A DNA stretch of 64,000 nucleotides, taken from Marsupella aquatica (Eukaryota; Plantae; Marchantiophyta). Under the pieces are notes generated by a model. That model saw nothing but the letters and a program-made list of their open reading frames with translations. It was not told the origin of the DNA and searched no databases. The position numbers and the translations under genes were made by a program. The number at the start of each line of letters is the position of its first letter. Within the stretch, counting starts at the first letter, position 1. Location of the stretch: the NCBI GenBank assembly GCA_973895155.1, contig OZ316891.1, forward strand, positions 23,807,899 to 23,871,898, read 5' to 3'. Positions 26,887 to 39,717 of this stretch are shown here, in pieces.

Positions 26887-29800
26887 CAGCGGAGTAGGAA
26901 AAGATTAGGATTAGGACTGGCTTAGTCAGGCTCTTGGGACAGGCACCTGCCTTAGGTACAGCAGCGCTGCCATGCTGTCCAGCCTGCGTAGATTAGGATC
27001 TTCTAATAAGACACAGCCATTTTCCGGCCTGACTGTCAGCTTAGTTAGGACCTTAGTCAGCGAATCTTTGGTGAGAGAACACCCCGTCCCTCGGCCCTTA
27101 GTATTTAGTGCACCCCTCGGTAGAGGCAAGGGGGGGTTTTTAGTTTCAGAGTTGGACGTCCGCGGTATATGCGGGGAGTCCCGACCTCTGGGAATGAAAG
27201 AGTACCAAGGGGGGGGTAGGACTAAGCTTGCCGGGCGAGTGCGGAGCCGGGCTCCGTTGTAGTGTGCACCCTCGGCCTTGAACCTGTTCATTCCGGGGCT
27301 GTCGGGTCAACTAAGTGTACGCATATGTTCCCTTTGTAGTAAAATCCTTTCCCATCATTTTCCTTCGTGTAAATCGAGATTGTATGCATGTGTGCGTGTA
27401 TGTGTGTGGGTTTCTCGTATATGGGTGGCAGCGCCAGGCCAAATGCACTACCTGAGACGTGCACAGGGTGCAGCCTGCGGGTAAGTGGTTGCGAGCACGG
27501 GTTGAGGACCTGTATCATCGAATCCAGATCGAAGGCGGACAGCACGAAGGCTTAGAAGCCCTTAAGCCGGGGTCGATCCTGCTATTGACTAAGGTACGTT
27601 CCGGCGGCGGAACACAAACCATACCTAGGAGGTGTCCGTATTTAGCAGTATGCGCACTTAGCGCTAGTTTATGAGAATAAGGTGCATTACGTGCTTCCCT
27701 TCCTGCCCGAACCCTCAGATTTACGAGGGATGTGCCCGTCTAAGCTAAAGTCTGAGTTAAGGCCGAAGCCGACGACGTGACAGTGTGTCCATGCATGCAC
27801 ACCATCACATCCAAAGGCAAATAAAAGTCATTTTTTGGTTCTCCAAGAGGTGGTGCTACACCAATGGAATGGGCATGGGAATCGTGCTTCTCTGTATGGT
27901 GTGGGTGCGGGTTTAGGGAAGAGGAATATTCCAACCTTGCAAGGAATCTATTGCGGGCTCTCTTTGGAGGTACTAGGGCCTTTATTGGGTCATATGTGAC
28001 CAATGACTTGTCATAAATGCCAATGAGCAAAAGTCAAGTCATTAAAACTGTCATATGGGAAGTCATATAAGTCAAGTGACTGGACTTGTGGTCATTTGTG
28101 TGGCCCTTCATGCAGTCATTAAACAAAAGCACAAATGACAAGTTTGGGGCTAGGGGCTGAAGGTGGGCCCTAGAGTGCCATGTGGCCCCACATAGAGCTC
28201 GCAACCCCTCCACTAGGTGCAAAATACTATATTTACTATTGTCCAACCACTAGTTGCACCATTAGCACCGTACCTCATATGTGAGTTTTTGCGTTTACTT
28301 AAGGGATGATGCAACATTGGGGAAATCACTCCCAAGTCATACCACTTTGGAGTGATTTGCCAAAAGCACCATCATGGATCATGAATATCTTATGTTCCAA
28401 AGGCAAATGGAGCCATTTGTTTTGTTCCTCAATGAGGTAGTGCAACACCAATGGGATGGGCGTGGTAGTGGTGTTTCCCTCTACGGTGGACATGTGTGTT
28501 GGTTAAAGGTATAGGAATATTCCTATTTTACAAGAAATCTAAAGCGGCCTCTTTCTTGACGTACTAGGAGCTTCATTGGGTCATTTTTTAACAAAGTCGT
28601 GTCATAATTGCCAATGACTACAAGCAGGGTCATTGAATTGGTCATATGGGATGTCATATAAGGCAAATGACTGGACTTTGAGTCATTTGAGATGTCCCTA
28701 GTGCAGTCATTGGAGACAAGCATGAATGACCAATTTGGGGCTAAGGGTTGGAGGCGGGCCCTAGAGTGCCATGTGGCCCCACATAGAGCTTGCAACCCCT
28801 CCACTAGGTGCAAAATACTATATTTACCATTCTCCAACCACTAGTTGCACCATTAGCACTTTGGAGCTGTGTTTTTGCGTTTACTTTAGGCACGATGTAA
28901 CTTTGGGGAAATCACTCCCAAGTCATACAACTTTGGAGTGATTTGCCAAAAGTGTCACGTACCATGCATGCATACCGTCCTATCCAAACGGCAAACAAAA
29001 ATTGTTTTTGTCTCTCCAAGAGATATATAATGCAATACTAGTGGAAGACTATGTCCTTCTATATAACTATGTCATGTTTGTGCCAATATTTGGATTTGGA
29101 TATATTCTATTAAATTCCAAATGAATTGTAAGGGGGCACTCCGAGAGGTAATGTACTCTTCATTGGGTCATTTTCACATAATGGTGTCATGAATGCCAAT
29201 GACTACATATAGGGTCATTTTTATAGTCATATTGGAGGTCATTTGGAGCAATGCCAAATTTGTGGTCATTAGACAGGTCCCTCATGGTGTGTCATTAATC
29301 AAAACACCTCAAATTAGGGTCATTTTGGTTGTCATACTACAGGTAAGAAGTTCCAAATGATTGGAAATGTGGTCCTTACAAAGGCTATTGGGGGGTTCTC
29401 TTTGGAGGTACAAGGGAGTTCATTGGGTCATTTGTGAATTAAATAGTGCTTCAATCTGAATGACTAAAAGTGGGGTCACTCATGCTGTCATCTTGGAAGC
29501 CATTAATGTTGGCATATTGGAGGTCATATAGTCATGGTGAGACTAATAAGGTAGTCCAAAATTGTGTTCATGCATATGGTCCTTTTTGCAGACATAACCT
29601 ATCACCCAAAAAACATGGCCGGTACATAGTTAATTACACTAATGTAATCCACAACACCCTCACCTCCCATTAAGGAGGTTTAAATGAGGGGCGGGTTATG
29701 GGTTTAGGGTCAATGTCTTGTTGGCACCTACACAAACAGCCATGACCTTATGGGGGTGTCGCGACATTATGAGCTATTTACCTTCAGTGCCTTCCCTAGG

Positions 29801-30149
29801 GCCTTATGGGGGCGTCCCGACCTTGTTATTAACCTATTTAGTTGGTATTATCTATGGGCCTTATGGGGGGGTTTTGTTACATTGTTATTAACTAGTCTCA
29901 AAAAATAACCCTAATTAATGACCCACAATATCCACCATCCCCATCCAACAAAATACCTTACCTCTACGGGGTTTAGGGGTCCAGCAATTAGGTTTATCCC
30001 GCTGAAGTTTTCTTGCGTACCAACAGGAGCCCTTTTTCCTCAACAAACATCAAGAGGGCAAGGCGATATGTGCTTATTTCTTGGCATGCCTTTGTGTGCA
30101 CATTGCAAGGGCTTAGGGCTGCGCAGCTTTGTGCTCCATTCCACCAAGC

Positions 30150-30600
30150 GCAGGGAACAAAGGCAAGCACATTTGCCCCGGGAGCATAGGTGGGAGTTGC
30201 GGGAGGGGATGAGCTGCGACACTCTTCCAAGCACATTTGCCCCGGGAGCACAGATTGGAGTTGCGGGAGGGAAGGGAAGGCATTCGCGCGTTGGTCTCAC
30301 CGTTTAGACCTACAGGAGCATAGGTTGGAGTTGCAGGAGGGGAGGAGTTTTGACACTCTTCTGAGCACATGTTTGAGTTGCAGGAGGGAAGGGAAGGCAT
30401 TTGCGCGTTGGGGACCCCGATCATTGTGGAAGGCAAAAATGGTGGAAGCTCGTGGATTGGAGGCAGTGAAAGCAACTAGTCTCACCGTTCGTGAAGGAGC
30501 TGTGGGAGCTGCGGGAGGTGTTACATCGGGAGCTACGGAGCTGCAAGAGGAGCTACGGGAGCTGCAAGAGGTTACATTAGGGAGGAGTTGCAGGAGCGCT
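30150..30600. repeat. Degenerate GA-rich tandem repeats
   Basis: Recurrent ggagttgc(g/a)ggaggg(a/g), aagcacatttgccccgggagca and ggagct(a/g)c units. Confidence 0.7.
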
Positions 30601-33600
30601 GGTCGGTGAGGAGTTGTTGGTCGGTCAAGAGCTGCGAAGAGGTATGACCTTATTCCCATTGGCGCCCATGTACGTTGTGATTTGCCTGGTTGCTCTGTGC
30701 TCTCCACTTCCGGCTCCACCCCAGCCTGGGACCTGCAATGTGTTGTGTTGGGACCTGTGTTGCTGTGTGCCAGAGCTCTCTGCTTATGTTGTTTCTCTAT
30801 CTATCCCTCTCCATTCGCTACATGTTCTCTGATCTTCTATTCTATTGCCATTTGCTACATGTTCTTTGAGTTTGTTGAGTTTGGTTGTCCACCTTCTCGC
30901 CCTCTGTAGCCTTTTGCATCACAAGTGCCTGCATTTCCTTCCCTGTCCCATGCTAGCTCCACTGCAACCTTCCATTAACTATCAGAGACCTAAGAAATTT
31001 AACTATCTTTGAGCTTTATTGTTTGTTTTGGCAAAATCTTCCAAAACCTGAACGGTTGCCTGCACTGCCCGCAAAAGCCTTTCGTCCTCCAAAACCCCAT
31101 GCCTCCGTAGCTGAGCGCTCCACTGATCATGCTTCTGACAAAGTATTGAGACTTGAATGGGCTTTGAATGACTCCACCTCAGCTTTATCGTTTGTTTTGG
31201 CAAAATCTTCTTGATTGTAATCAGGCAGCAGAGATCGCAGACAGATCCGATTGCTAAGAAATGGTTTTTTCTCTCTCTATTTCTTAGCTTTCTCCTATTT
31301 ACCACAACTAAATCAAGTGCCGGAGTTCTGACCGAGTTGTCCTCTATCTGTCTGCTATTGATTTCTGATTGCTACTTGCCGGATTAGTCTACTGTTGAGT
31401 GCAGTTTGTTTTGTCTGCTATGTTCAGTTTAGTTTGTTGTCTTGTTGTCGTCTGGCAGTTATTGCCAATTATTCTGACTGCGTGAAAGGCTGTTCTATTT
31501 AGTGCTGCCTAATTGAACATAAAAATATGCTATTAAGTTGATTGAGTTTAGGCAAATCAGGATGTTGTACCCTTGTGTTCAAAATTCTATATCTGGCAGT
31601 GTTTGCTGTGTTTGTTGTGTTCAAAATTCTATTGGCAGTGTCTGACCTAGAAAGATAACCTGATGTATCGCCAACCTTTTGAGTGTGCTCCCAAAGTCCC
31701 TGTAGATGCCACTCCTTCTCTATTTTAAATGAGTAAACTCCTTTCCTCCATATTGAAATGTCATCTTGGACCTAAGCTGCGAGGAACTGCGAGGTGACTC
31801 ATGACAATCTTTGTGGTGCAAGGTGAGCTCGATCTCTTATTATTACAATGTAGTCCTTATTTTTCCATTGTATGATGTTTTCCTTAGTCTGTCTGTGTTC
31901 CTCAATCAATGGTTTCCTTACTCTTCTTTTGACATCCCTCTGTATCATAGCCCTTTTCTTTTCTCTTTTTTTACTGAAGAGAAGTGCAGGCATGTATGGT
32001 GAATCCTCACTGGATTCCAGCAGCGACTCTGTAGAATTCTGTTGCCAAAAAGTTTCAGAGTTTTGTGTATGGTTTGCCAACTGCTGTGCCACCTCAGAGA
32101 ATTCCTCAGTGGCTTTTGTACAAGCCTTGCTCTTCAACTATGGTAATTTACAGCTAATTGTCTGACGTTCACACAACATCCATACACAGCAATGAATACA
32201 ACTCCATGAATACAACCACATGATTTCCTTTGGTCTGCAAACTGGACGAAACTAAACTAAAATCAGTGGTCAATTTTAAATTCTTCATAAGGGTCTCTGA
32301 CAGCAGCCTGGTAATGCCATGACTGCACGAAGATAGTGTACAGTGCAACTTTTGAAAAAGTGGGTGGACCAGCAGCTTGTTGAGAGTAAAGCAACTTATG
32401 GTTCTATAACAGATGTGTGCAGCAGCTTAAGATGTAGAAGGCACGCAATAAAACTTGGTTTTTACAGATTTAAAAAAGGGCAGGGTGAGTGAGCACTGCA
32501 TGTTGAACTTACAGGTCCGAATTATCTTGATTTGATTTTGCTGCTAAAATTTGTGTCTCTTGCCCAAGTCCCAGTTTGCTGGAGTTTTGTTGCTCTCTGT
32601 GCTTTGTTGTGCACATTGTTGTGTTTGCTCTGTCCATTTTAAAACTTGAGAGCCAAATGAATGCTTTGCTTAAACTCAATTGCTATTTGTTCTGTGTTTC
32701 CCTTACAGATTTTAAAAGGCAAGGTGAGTGAGCACTGCTGTACAACAAGTGAAGGCATACAGGTTGCAATATTTAGGATTGCTTCCAATCATAGGCCAAG
32801 GTTATTTGCGCTGCTCAGTCCTAAATGCTTTGCCATCCATAAAGCATTGGTTTATGCTTGCACCCTTGTGGTTACATGTCATATTTTATGCTGCACCCTC
32901 ATTCTTTTGTGTCATGCTGCACCCTGTGATTCCTTCTTGTTTCACAATCTGATGTAGGGTCTGAGTGTGCAGGACCATGGCTCGCAATAGGTGGATTGCA
33001 TGATTGAGGACTACCAAAGGAGGCAAAAAGTCTCCAGTCCTTTCACTAATCCAAGGGACTTTCAACGGCCAAGATTAGCACATCTAAAGTCAAAAAGGAC
33101 TTAAACAAATCAAATGTGTATAAGACGCATTCATTAGTATTTCAGCTCCCGAGGTAACCCCTTTCTTGTCGCAACTATAATTTATGAGTGAAGGACAACC
33201 GGTTCTCTAGGAGAGTGCTGGCGCTATTAGTTCTGCGTGGAGGACTTTTCAAAAACAAGGAGTCAAAGTCCTTTGGGGAAACTCATTTTTTGTCCCGACA
33301 TGTAATTTACAGTTGGACAACTAGTTCTGTGGGAGAATGTCGTCGGTGCTACTAGTTCTACAGGGAATTTTCAAAATCTAGGAGTGAGAGTCCTTCTCAC
33401 TTAGGCGCGAGCTACAATTTGTTCAGAAAGTATCGAAGCCGAGCGCAAGGGTCCATACTTAGCCTCGTGAAGCACAAGATGGATGCCTCTGTGAGAATTC
33501 ATTCAAGAGCAGTCGTGCGATGATGTGTGATTCAAGATGTTCTAATTTGTGTTGCCTTCAAAGCATAGGGAATGAGCTCATGCAAAAAGGAGGGTAGGGT

Positions 33601-34803
33601 TTACCTGAAGCTCTCCCAAACAGCCAATCAAGCTGTAGATTTAATTTGCGTCTGAAGCTTCGCGGATGACATTCAAATCCGAGCATGAGCAAGGGGAATG
33701 AGTGCAAAAAGGAGGGCAATGAAGCTGCAAGTTTTATTAGGGTCTGAAGCATTGCTGATGATGATGGGAACTTCGGGAAAGAGTGCGAAGGAGGTCTGAA
33801 GAGGATCAAAGGGTTGAACATTGACTCAAATCACTCACTAGCAGCCATCATCGGCAGAATTGAGGTAAATATATGCCTCAATGCTTTTGTTTTTGAAGAG
33901 GAGATTTTTCTTTGCACTGAAGAAGCAAGGACGTTGGACAGAGTATGTGATGATTGACAGAATCAGAGTAGCTTAAATTTTGAAAGGCTTTGTTTGTTAA
34001 CAAGAGTTCAAGTTGCGTTAAAGTCTGGAATGACCAATAGTGGCCTTTAAAATACCTAGCCTTGTGGAACGCAAAATAGGTAGCAACTCTGGAAAGTTCT
34101 ATGATTGGGTTAAATTGATTGAAAGAGCAAGATCCGTGGTATGATGTGAGATCCATGCTTTGATAAATCCGTGTTGCCTTCAGAGCATGGGGAATGAGTG
34201 CAAAAAGGAGGTTCAATGAAGCTGCAGATTTATTAGGGTCTGAAGCTTTGCTGCCAACGTACATTTGAATCCGAATAGGAACTTCAAGAAAGAGCATGGA
34301 GAGGAAGGTCAAGCAGTCAATCAAATCAGTATTGGCAGCTATCGTGAACAAAATTGAGGTACATTAAATTAAATTGATTTGCTTTTGTTTTGAAGAGGAG
34401 AAGTTGCTTTGGACTGGAGAAGCAAGGACACTAGCTAGACAGAGTATTTGATGATCGACACAATTTAGGGAGTTCCCAGTTTGAAAGGCTTTTCTCAAGG
34501 CCTTTCTTTTTCAAGAGGAGAAGTTGCATTGGACTCGATCAGGAAGGGTAGCAAGTCTAGAGATTAAATGTGATGATTTTGTGAGGTATGTTCTAAGTCA
34601 TGAATTGAAATTGGATCCCTGGGACGTAGGTGAATTTAATTCTATGAGGGTGGGCGGCCTTTGATTGGTAAAGGAAGTTGAACACCCCGACGTATTAAAT
34701 GCTCCATGATTAGGCTGAAATGACTACTCTTAATCAGGTATCCGATGCCCTAGCAAGAGAGAGGTTGGAGAAGCAAAGGTTGGCAAATTGCCACGACTAT
34801 CAA

Positions 34804-36818
34804 CTTCCCCGTGTCAACGTTACAAGGCTGGTCCCAGCTAGGTGGGTTTTCCCGGCCTTGGAGAGACGGCCCCAACCCGAGGCCCAAAGTCCAGCGGACA
34901 CGCAGGCTTCACCCACCCCACCCCCACAAGTAGCTATAGTCATGACCGAGGAGGTACCAGATGGGTCGGTTATTGCAACCGTAGATGCGATCCAACAAGC
35001 CAGGCTAAGTACAGAAGCCGGTACAGCGGAGGTCTTACTCGAGCCTGGGTCTCCCAAAGACCCACCGATGGCTGTTCCGGAGAACCAGACTTTGCTGTAG
35101 GAGGACACTCCAGCCCCTTCCAACACGTCCCCAGGGCTGGATGTCACTGCCCCGGCCCCGCGCGTGTTGACATCTGCCCGTGCCCAACTCCGGACAGGCA
35201 CAACCTGGACCACCCGGAACTCTTCGTACAGGGTACATTTCTGAACGGGCTTATGGGAGATTTCTCTCATCAAATTGCCTGGGATACCGGGGAGTTCATG
35301 GCCCGGAAGGTAGCCTGTTTCTTCAATCAGGAGTTGGTTGCCGCAGTAAAGGCAGGTCGGGCCCAGTTAGAGGCCCTTCAGAGGATAGAGCGGTACCGGG
35401 TGGAGTCCGTATACTTAAAGAACAAAGTTGCGGCTCAAGAGGCTAAGCTTTTGCAACTACGACCCAAAGTTGCAGCCGCCAACGAGTTGTTAGCAAAGGC
35501 GCACGCCCTTACCGCCCTAGCCAAGCAGGCCAAAGCTGGGAACGAGGCCGAGATTTCACGGCTCCGGTCCCAGATTGACAGTTTGAAGAATCAAACTATC
35601 ATCTGGCAGAAAGACCTGGAGGAGGCCGAAGAACGGCCCCAGCGGGACACTGCGAAGATAGCCACGCTACAAGCCAAAGTAGCGCAGCTTCAAACCGAAG
35701 CCGAGAAGCAGGACCAGTTGGTGGGCAAGCTGACGAGCGACGCCCAACAGCTAGAAGAGGCATGCCAGGAGGCAACGGAGAAGACAGATGCGGCAAAGCG
35801 AGAGAACAAATCTCTGCTAGACCAAGTCGAGCTCCTCAAGTCGGACAACGCCAGACTTTGCAAGCAGCGGGATGACCGTTCCCACTCGGACGGCTCTGGC
35901 AAGCGTGCCAGACATTAGTGGCGGAGTAGGAATAGAATAGGGTTAGGAATAGCTAAGTCAGGCTATTGGGACAGGCACCTGCCTTAGTTACAGCAGCACT
36001 GCCATGCTGTCTAGCCTGCGTAGATTAGGATCTTCTAATAAGACACAACCATTTTTTGGCCTGACAGTCAGCTTAGTTAGGACCTTAGTCAGCGAATCTT
36101 TGGGCGGGAGGACACTCTGTTCCTCGGCCCTTAGTATTTAGTGCACCCCTCGGTAGAAGCAAGGGGGGGGTTTTAGTCTCAGAGTTGGACATCCGTGGTA
36201 TGTGCGGGGAGTCCCGACCTTTGGGAGTGAAAGAGTACCAAGGGGAGGGAGGTAGGACTAAGCTCGCTGGGCGAGTGCGGAGCCGGGCTCCGTTGTAGTG
36301 TACACCCTCGGCCTTGAACCTGTTCATTTCGGAGCTGTCGGGTCAACCAAGTGTACACTTATGTCCCCTATGTAGTAAAATCCTTTCCCATTATTTACTT
36401 CGTGTAAATCAAGATTGTATGCTTGTGTGCGTGTATGCGTGTATGAATCTCGTGTATAGGTGACAACGCCGGGCCAAACGCACTACTCGAGTCGTGCACA
36501 AGGTGCAGCTTGCGGGTATGTGGTTGCGAGCACGGGTTAAGGACCTGTATCATTGAATCCGGATTGAAGGCGGACAACAGGAAGGTTTAGAAGTCGTTAG
36601 GCCGGGGTCGATCCTGCTATTGACTAAGGTATATTCCGGCGGCGGAACACAAACCATACCTAGGAGGTGTCCGTATCTAACAGTATGCGCACTTAGCGCT
36701 AGTTTACGTGAATTAGGTGCATTATGTTCTTCCCTCCCTGCCCGAACCCTCATATTTACGAAGGATGTGCCCGTTTAAAGCTGAAGCCCGAGTTAAGGCC
36801 AAGGCTGATGACGTGACA
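34804..36818 (+). mobile_element. 5'-truncated family-Y LTR, the 5' LTR of the host Ty3/gypsy element
   Basis: Collinear with 25804-27782, ends GACGTGACA at 36818, and carries the C-terminal part of the Y ORF (to 35918) with a stop and a frameshift. Confidence 0.9.
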
Positions 36819-36831
36819 TAGCCTTTGTTTT

Positions 36832-36849
36832 TGGCGCTAGATGGAGGGG
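36832..36849 (+). promoter_or_regulatory. Primer binding site, tRNA-Asn-like
   Basis: TGGCGCTAGATGGAGGGG, 13 nt after the LTR end. It is near-complementary to the plant tRNA-Asn 3' end as I recall it (…CCCTCCTTCTAGCGCCA). Confidence 0.8.
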
Positions 36850-36942
36850 GCACTCTACATATCATAGAAGGGGGCCGTGTGCGTATTCACCTGGGCAGGA
36901 GACATCAGGCCCTAGTACTAACCATTGCATTTACACAAGTAA

Positions 36943-38611
36943 ATGCCCGTCACTCGTTCTCAAGCAGCTTACTTGAGGAGATTGACCAGCGAACGAGAAG
37001 GTGCAACCACAACAAGCTCCGATTCTTCGGGCTCGGAGGACTCGCAATTGCCCCGACAAATGAATATACCACCGGGACCTTCGGGGTCCGGTTCGACCGG
37101 TCCTACTGCGGTTCCTGTGCCACCACCGCCACCACCGCCACCACCGCCACCACCTATGGCAGCCGCCCCACCGATGGCCCGTGCTGCCCAAGCTCCTCCA
37201 CAAATATCGCAACAATCGCGGTTTCATTATCGACCTTTCAAAGGGCGTCATGGGGATGATCAGGATGACTGGTTGGATGAGTTTGAGGCCACTGCTAAGG
37301 CTAACGGGGAAGACGCCATTAAGCTAACCGTCCTCCCCGGAGTGATGCGGGAAGAAGCTCGTCCATGGTACAACTCGTTGCCACCCGGGACTACATGGGC
37401 ACAATTCCAAGCTGCGTTGCTGCAAGAATTTTGTGCTATTGGATCCGAGCAGCGCTCTTTATTAAAGATCGGCCAGCTTCGCATGGGAAAAAAAGAGTCC
37501 CTATGAAAGTTCATCCAGAAGTTTCAGAAACTTGCGGCCAAGATACGGCCCAGGCCGGGCGACACACTCCAGCTTACATGGTTCCTCCATGGCTTGCCCA
37601 CGAATATGCAATTCTGGGTGCGCCAGAATAATCCAATTTCAATGCAAGCGGCCATAGCGTGCACCAAAACCTACCGGGAGTCCACATATAACTCCCGACG
37701 GAGCCAGTGGGCACGCCGCAAGAAGGGTAAGTACGAGACCTTCAGTGATAGTGACTCCAAAATGGACGACAAGAAGAAGAAGAAACGCAAAAAGAAGAAG
37801 AAACATTGTTTGACCTCATCCAGTTCGGAGACAGAATCTAGTTCGGATTCAACTTCGAACAGCGGGTCCTCCACCTCCAGCTCATCAGGAAGTGATTTGG
37901 AAAGTGAGAGCCGGAGCAAGAAGAAGAAAAGGCAGGTTAAGGAGGGGAAAATCAAACCCCGTGCTCGAAGAACGATACCCAATCCAAAGGCTGCCAAAGC
38001 AGACAAGCTTAACAAAATCACGGATCGCCTCAAAGCACTGTCAGTACATCTCGCGGAAAAGCCGGTGGAGAAGAAGAAGCCATCTAAGATTTGAGCCCAT
38101 GCATGGTGTTCAAAGTGCTTCCAATCCGGGCATGTCATGCAAGAATGCCCAAGATGGAAGAACCAAGTTCACCAGGTGGAATTAGATGATGTCGACAACC
38201 CGGGACCTGAAGCGGAGTCCATGGAGTATTTCTTTGAAGACCCTCCTGATTCGGTGTATCAGATTTCAACGGTGGGTCCGCGTAACTTAGCAGGTAGAAC
38301 TGCATACCCTACCCAAACAATGGCCGAGGCTTCCAAGTTATCAGTAACCCTAGCATTCAACCTAAACCAGGGATTTGGCGATCCCCGGTTTGTTACAACT
38401 GTGAGAAGCCACGCCATTTTGCGAGGGAATGCACAGAACCAAGACGCCAGGGGGATGGCCGTGGCACGCCACTTTGTCAAGTCTGCAAAATGGAAGCTCA
38501 TTCCACAACCAACTGTCCATTGGTAATGGCCGCTCAAACAAATGCAACAAGACCAGCCCAGGGCGGACCGGCCACGAGTGATGCGGTCGTCCAAATGATT
38601 GCGGTGGAATG
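36943..38611 (+). pseudogene. gag: gag of the host (Y-family) Ty3/gypsy element, 5' part
   Basis: MPVTRSQ start; capsid-like FKGRHGDDQDDWLDEFEATAKANG; Lys/Ser-rich tract; three CCHC-type knuckles (CSKCFQSGHVMQEC, CYNCEKPRHFAREC, CQVCKMEAHSTTNC). In-frame TGAs at 37504 and 38092 and a frameshift near 38.35 kb. Confidence 0.9.
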
Positions 38612-39717
38612 TGTGGTGCGTCCCATGGCTCCCTAAACCCAAGAAACCCCCCAGCTCAAGCCGATTCCCGCAGGTTTCGCGCTTGGCGAGGCCGTTTCCG
38701 CGGCTTAGCGGCATGGGACGCTGCTAACCTTCTACTACTACTATTAACATTTTACACACATATACTGGACAGATCCTTCATCGGGTCATGAGATACGTAG
38801 CCGGCCTAATCTAGGCCTTCCCCTGTCTTCCCCTCCGTCTTGTTAGGTATGTTTGGATTCCGCCGTCGGAATGATCCCCAATAGGCTTGGTTAAGCCGCT
38901 AAGACCTCTCTCAGCTCGACACATCCAACTCTCACTCCCCTGCTTACTTTCCTTCCTTCTGGTAGATGTGGGCACTCTTCACACAAGTTAATGCGACACA
39001 CAAATAGCAAAATGACTCATTCTGACTGAGTCATACCATGCACTTGCCATACAAACAGTACATCTCATACACAAGTTCTGCGAACTAAGCCGTGAGGCCA
39101 ACTCTATTCAGCTCTTAGGCATGAGGAAACATGAATATACACAAGGGTCACTGTATGACTAACCGAGAGCTTCTCGTACTACTTGATCCCAGCCCGGCTG
39201 GTGCAAACTAAAAACTTGCTAAAGAAGAGGCCCTGAGCTCCCCGCTGCCCAGGTACTTATCCTGGTAGTGGATCCGCCATTCTTTGCATCGTAAGCCTAA
39301 TCTACTTAACAGTAATCTACTTGCCCGAATCTACCTATGTACAGCAAGGCAGGAGCACAAGTGTTGCTCCTACCAGTGGGACCGCAATCCCACTAAGCTA
39401 AGTGTCAGGGCCGCTCCTGGTCCTGACCCTAATCCTAAACTTGGAGATCAGCGCCCGCCCTGCCCACTCACGCCTCCTCCCTCCACGTCCGCCCTCCCTA
39501 AAAGGAACGGCGCCCTTGCACCGTCACGACACCGGTGGTGGATCCTTAATGGACGCCCCCAACGCTTCCTCCTCAGCCACTGCCGTAGGCTCATTCTCTG
39601 ACAGATTACCTGCCCTTGACTGAGTCAACTCTCCATCGGCCTGACTGGGTCCACCATCGGCGTTGGCATCGGCTCGGGAATCGGTTAGGCCTCAGCCTCG
39701 GCTACGGTCTCCCCGGC

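Larger units (their letters stand above)
23801..27782 (+). mobile_element. 3982-bp solo LTR (family Y) containing a long ORF
   Basis: TGTGACG...CGTGACA termini; 5-bp TSD GTGTG (23796-23800 and 27783-27787); removing it restores the satellite unit. A homologous copy ending at 36818 is followed by a PBS and gag. Confidence 0.92.
21900..29300. repeat. ~577-bp satellite array, about 5-6 units, interrupted by the insertion at 23801-27782
   Basis: Landmark gggacac(a/t)(a/g)tactcatcattgtcc at about 21918, 22498, 23075 and 23652, with diverged copies near 28220 and 28810. Duplicated ORFs 22624 and 23201 are offset by 577 bp. Confidence 0.92.

Noticed and set aside
21900-29300. Regularly spaced hairpins as a CRISPR-like array
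   Set aside because: The intervening sequences are themselves repeated, so this is a tandem satellite. The context is eukaryotic and there are no cas genes.
33560-34500. ORFs 33558-33821 and 33878-34351 as a gene
   Set aside because: They lie in a degenerate ~500-bp duplication and show no recognisable protein motif.
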